From Bigelowiella natans CCMP2755 (lineage: Eukaryota; Protista; Cercozoa), in NCBI GenBank assembly GCA_000320545.1, contig ADNK01000149.1, positions 62,001-126,000 of the forward strand: 64,000 bases of DNA, written 5' to 3'. The position numbers were made by a program, and so were the translations under genes. This document shows, in pieces, positions 52,718 through 64,000 of this stretch. The first letter of the stretch is position 1, and each line of letters begins with the position of its first letter. Under the pieces are notes generated by a model. It saw only the letters and a program-made list of their open reading frames with translations, searched no databases and was not told the origin of the DNA.

Positions 52718-55700
52718 ATGAGTGAGGAGAAGAAAGAAGTTAAAGAAGACTTATCCCGTATGAAGGGTGCATACGGTGAAAAGATGATTAAGAAGCTCAA
52801 GACGATGAAGGTTGCCGTGTTCGGTCTCCGTGGATCGGGGATTGAGACAGCTAAGAACCTATTGTTGGCAGGACCTCACACCGTTATGGTATGTTGAAAT
52901 TTTAATCGTATTAACTTAAAGCTCGTTCTAAGCATGAAACCTCGACCGAATTTGAATTTTATGTGGCAAAAAAAGGTCCATGACGACGAGCTCGTCCAAG
53001 CAGTCGACCTCGGGGCTAACTTCTACTTGAACGAATCTGATGTCGGCAAGCCACGTGGCGCAGCTTGTGAAAAGGAACTAGCAGATATCAACCCAAACAC
53101 ATACTTCAGTGTACACACCGGGGAGATTACTGCAGATTTGTTGAAGCAGTATTCTACAGTTGTTTTTACTGACCTGCAGTCTCAATGGCCTATGAGCAAG
53201 CTCATTGAGTTCGATAAGGTTTTTTTGGATGATTCATGTGAATACTTGTCATACAAATTTTTATATGTATTATAAAAATATTTTTTAATTGAATATATTA
53301 CACAAAAATATAAATATTTTATAATATCGTGTTTTGTTTTAGATCTGTACCGAAAATGGAACCAAGTTCATCTGGAGTAGCATTTTTGGAATGCACACGA
53401 GTATCTTCTCCAACTTCGGCAAGAAGCATGAAATTTTCGATAAAGTAACAACCACGCTTTCTAATCATCGATATTTCACAACCTTATAAGTTGTCTGTCA
53501 CGTCTAATTAGGATGGTGCCCCAGAGCGATCAATCGTAGTTACTTCGGTCGAGTCTGTTCCTGCACCGTATGAGAAAATTGACGACTTCCTTCTCGCTCA
53601 CCTTCCATCCTACTTCGATGTAAAAAAGATGGGTTACTCGGCAAAGAAAGAATGGGTTATATTAATATTGTTGCTTTCTGATTATCAGTACTCATGATGT
53701 TTTTCTTGTTGAAGGGTGTCAAACTCCTCGAAGAAAAAGCAGGCCTCAAGTTTGATGACAAACGCAAAAAGAGCCTCACTGTAGGAGAAATCCTAGACTA
53801 CGCTGAAGGAAACCCTGCGGTAGTAGAATATTAAGGTTATATACATTTGTTCAGGCAACTGATTCATCTTGTTATCTTTTATCAGACTGCCAATAAGGGC
53901 AAAATGGTGGGTAAAATTACTACTGCAGGAGAGCGACACCTTTTGGCTTCTGGAGATCATATTAAATTGGAGGAAATTCAGATGGTAAATTAGAGGATAG
54001 CCCTGCACATTGTTTCAATATATTACAATAATACGTTTTTCTCATTCAGGAAAAGAAGGATAGCGGAAATGTCGACACGTATAAGTACGGCGAGAAAGCT
54101 ACCAGCATCAACGCAACCTTTGAGATTAAAGTTCACCGCACAAACCCTCGCACGTTCTTCATTGGGGATATTTCCGGGCTTGGTTCTTACGTCCAGGGTG
54201 GTATTGGATCCCAGAAGAAGGTTTCCGTCTGGATGGATTATGAATCTCTCGAGCAGCAACTCTATGCACCAACAATTGAGGCAGGGGTGCAAAATTTCAT
54301 GAAATTTGGGGTCTCCACTATGCTCCACACCGGTAAGTGGCATGATAATCCTTTTCTTTTCCCTGTAAGTGACTTTAATGACGCATGTCCATACTTAGGA
54401 TTGGTTGCCCTTATGCAATTCCACGAGGCGAAAAAAGAGCTTCCTGCAATTCTAGATAAAGCTGACGCTGACAAAGTCGTGCAGTATGCGAAGAAACTTG
54501 CAGAGGAAAAAGGCATGGGACTCGATGAAGCTCTCGTGACGAAGATGGCAAAGTAGAATGATAATATTGATATTTCCGAGAAAGACCTGAGAAAAGATCA
54601 AATATTAAGTCGTGATGTATTACATCAACCAGGTTCGCGCGAACAGAAACCAATGCAATCGCTGCCATTAATGGTGGTTTTGTTGCACAAGAGGCCATGA
54701 AACAGACAGGAAAATACACTCCTATTAACCAGTTTATCCATTTCGACGCTTTTGAGCTAGGTACGGATTTCTTTGAATATCACCTGAAAGCTTAGTGTCT
54801 AATGATTTTGTGTAATGATCTTATCTTCTAGTCGGTGATGGTGGAAAAGGAGACCGCAAGGATCGATATGGCCATTATGCAACATTGTTCGGAGAGGAGT
54901 TCGTAGAAAAGGCTCACAAATCCAACTACTTCCTCGTTGGATGTGGGGCTCTTGGATGCGAGTTCCTCAAGAATATTGCTATGATGGGTCTGGGGTGCAA
55001 GGGAAAGATCAACATTACTGACGATGACGTAATCGAGCTCTCGAATCTTAGTCGCCAGTTCTTGTTTCGCCGCAAGCACGTTGGAAAACTTAAATCTGAG
55101 TCATCCGCCGGAGTCGCTTGCGAAATGAATCCAGAGCTGAAAGGAGGTAATGCCGTGGTACATAAATTTAATATGTAATGTGAAATTTCACTGTCATATT
55201 GTTCATTAGGTATGAACGTTCACAAGATCCGTGTTGAGCCTAAGACAGAAAACGTATTCACTAACAAGTTCTGGACCGATCTTGATTTTGTTATCAACGC
55301 CCTTGATAACATCCACGCTCGTGTCTACATGGACGGAAAGTGCATCTTGCACTCTAAACCTTTGTTCGAATCTGGAACACTTGGAACCCAGGCGAACAGC
55401 TCCGTTCACATCCCTCACAAAACCCCCTCTTATGCTGAGGGAGCTCCACCTGGAGAAGGGCAAGGAATTGCGATGTGCACAATGACAAACTTTCCTTATG
55501 AATCCCTCCATTGCATTGAATGGTCTAGGGCGATGTTTGGCCAGATGTTCGAGGATGGACCTGCCGCATATGAAGACCTCCGCAAGGCTGGGGTCGAGAA
55601 ATTCCTGGAAAAATGCGAGGCTAACGAAGGAGAAGGGCTCGCCAAACTCCAGAGTGCGCTTAAATGGGCTGCTCTTGCTAAGAAATCATCTCTCGAAACC

Positions 55701-56987
55701 TGTGTGCAGCTGGCATTTGATATCTTCATTGAAGAGTACAGAAATAAGGTGAAGGACCTCATCTCTTGTTACCCTAAGGATACCAAGGACAAGAACGGCA
55801 CGCCTTTCTGGCGGGGCCGTAAGCGTTTCCCATACCCCCAGGAATGGGACTCAAGCAATGATAAATACGTTGACTTTATTTGGCACACGGCTTGCATCTT
55901 TGCGGATGTTCTTGGCGTCTCTAAGGATGGCTACCCAACCAAGGCGGCATGTGCTGAAATCGCTGCGAAAATTGATGTACCAGAGTGGAAGGCCAAGAAA
56001 GTCGAGGTTGAAGAAGAGGGAGAGGAAAAGAAGAAACCAACCTTCTCTGCTGAAGACATGAACCTCTTTGAAAAGCTAAAGGAGGACGTCTCAAAGATTG
56101 ATGTGTCCTCACTCCCTGCAATCAGTCCTGGTGACTTTGAAAAAGATGATGACTCAAATCACCATATCGACTGGATTACCTCCTCAGCAAACTTGCGCGC
56201 CGATACCCGTAAAATTAAGAACGAGGATCGTCATAAGTGCCGTATGATCGCAGGACGCATCATCGCGGCGATTGCCACCACGACGGCCTCGATCACGGGC
56301 TTCGTGTTCTTGGAGGTCTATAAGCATCTTCTTGGAATGGAAGATATCAATAAATTTAACTGGAACACCATCAACCTCGCCACAAACATTATCATTTCTG
56401 AGATGCCCGCAGATCCTAAGCAGAAGTATTCTTGGGTTAAGAAGGGGGAAAGAGAAGATGGAGGCAAGATTGTCAAAACTGAGGCTGCAATAATTGCAGT
56501 CCCAGAGAATTTCACTTGCTACGACTTCATCGATATTAAGGGAGATATGTCGTTGGGTCAGCTCGCAAAAGCCATCACCTCGCACGAAAAACTGCAGGGT
56601 GGTTTGACTGTCACAGGAATGTTTGCCGGCAAAGCATCAATATACGAGTCAACTGACATCTCAATTTATGAAAAGAAAAAGGAAACTGCTCTTAAACGTT
56701 TGGCAAAAGCTAAAAGTGCTGGTCACAAGAGAATTTTCAAACAACATGCGGACACCGCTCAGAAATTCATCGATGCCATCAAGGCCCAAGAAACTAAAAT
56801 GATTTCGGAAACTTACTTCAAGAATGCAGGGCCTTTAGCTGATCCGAATCAACCTTTCTTCATGCTTGACGTCAGTCTGGACATTGACCCTAACCTGCCA
56901 GGATGGTTGCGATCAAGACTTCCCAAGAGAGATGACACTCACACCATTGACATCCAAACGCCTAAGGTCCGAGTGTGGTACAAGTAA
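52718..56987 (+). CDS. Single-chain ubiquitin/Ubl-activating enzyme E1 (UBA1/UBA6 family, divergent)
   Basis: GLRGSGIETAKNLLLAG (IAD); VGCGALGCEFLKN, DDDVIELSNLSRQFLFR and ALDN (AAD); catalytic IAMCTMTNFP; FEKDDDSNHHID; AGRIIAAIATTT; C-terminal UFD. Confidence 0.95.
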
Positions 56988-57239
56988 TTTGAACATCCGA
57001 ACTACCCGCATGGCATTGGCATCCTGGATGAGACTGAGAATACACTTTTCATTAACGTGTTGAAGCAATTGTTCAGTAAATCTTCAACACAATTAACACG
57101 AAGTATATAAAATCGAGTATATGTCAATATGTCATCGATCTCAATGCTGTGCGATTCTTGCATCCGTTACATTCATAACATATTGCTGCTTTGGGGCCCC
57201 TACGCATACAGCTTGCATGTTGCTGAGTACGTTAGCGCA

Positions 57240-57620
57240 TATTTAAAACATACTAGCTAGCTACCTAGCATGCTAGCATATATATATGATGCATCATCTA
57301 GCAAGTGCATCGATAGGCATGGCAATAATAGTTGCGTTATTGTGATTATTATTTTTGCTAATAAGCAGCATGGCTACTAGCTAGCTAGCTAGCTAGGCCA
57401 CGCTAGCTACGGATACACCATCCATAGACATGCTAGCATGTGTGCACACGCGCGCACGTGAAAGCAAAGCTACCGCAGCATCATGTAGCTAGCATAGAGC
57501 ACAATGCAATACTAGAATGCTCATCATTCATTTAGCTAATTTAGCTGCTCTAGCAATGCTAGACTGTGTATTTGCGATGCTAGCAAGCTAGAACGCCAAA
57601 CATCTCTAGCAGATTAATTT
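57240..57620. repeat. (GCTA)n/CTAG- and CATG-rich intergenic tract between convergent genes
   Basis: Roughly 20 CTAG in about 380 bp, including ctagctagctagctagctag. Confidence 0.75.
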
Positions 57621-57704
57621 GGCGTAGTGAAGGGATGAACTACAACAGATAGCATTCACATTTGCTGCATTTATTGCCTGCGATACGATTTTTGGGTATC
57701 AGCA

Positions 57705-63758
<6,054 letters not shown>

Positions 63759-64000
63759 GCGAAACTACTCCCCTGGGCGAATCTCGGGTGCAAACCGTCT
63801 AAGATAAAGAGGGAGGTAGATTTAGACGCGGACTGGACTCCGTCGCCGGAGATAGCCACACATGGATGATATTTCTCCATACTGATCCATACATGTACAT
63901 GCGTCCGTAAAGATTAAACACGTGCACTGCTCAATGCGGGTGGTGGTGGCACGGTTTAGTGTGCACGCGCATCCGCACAAGAGCGACCTCTTGGGAAAAT

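Overview
Intron-rich eukaryotic nuclear DNA, standard code, GT-AG introns, many packed with microsatellites. The style and the bipartite-looking leaders suggest a secondary-plastid alga such as a chlorarachniophyte, but that is inference. Splicing exons by hand gives 15 protein-coding genes, most missed by the ORF track. In order: NAP-family histone chaperone with a signal-peptide-like leader (-), ASCH/EOLA1-like (+), 7TM GPCR-like (-), SAP + TAF1A-like with 49-aa repeats (+), mS34 (-), ABHD11-like (+), Zn nucleoside/nucleobase deaminase (-), galectin-GT31 galactosyltransferase (+), conserved membrane protein (-), ankyrin protein (+), SH3-like/PTEN/C2 protein (+), TPR-JmjC (+), CutA (-), divergent single-chain E1 (+), and DBP2/DDX5 helicase with an extra N-terminal domain (-). 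Twelve of the 15 form head-to-head pairs. The strongest non-genic signal is intergenic tracts (1-750, 32260-32680, 43690-44420) where TpA has almost vanished except inside CTAG, with excess TG/CA/CATG. This fits a localized TpA>TpG/CpA hypermutation process, opposite in direction to fungal RIP. The second highlight is the E1, which lacks the ubiquitin-Arg72 specificity residues and carries a LOTUS/OST-HTH-like insertion. Exon boundaries and start codons are manual and approximate. No tRNA, rRNA or CRISPR array was recognised.
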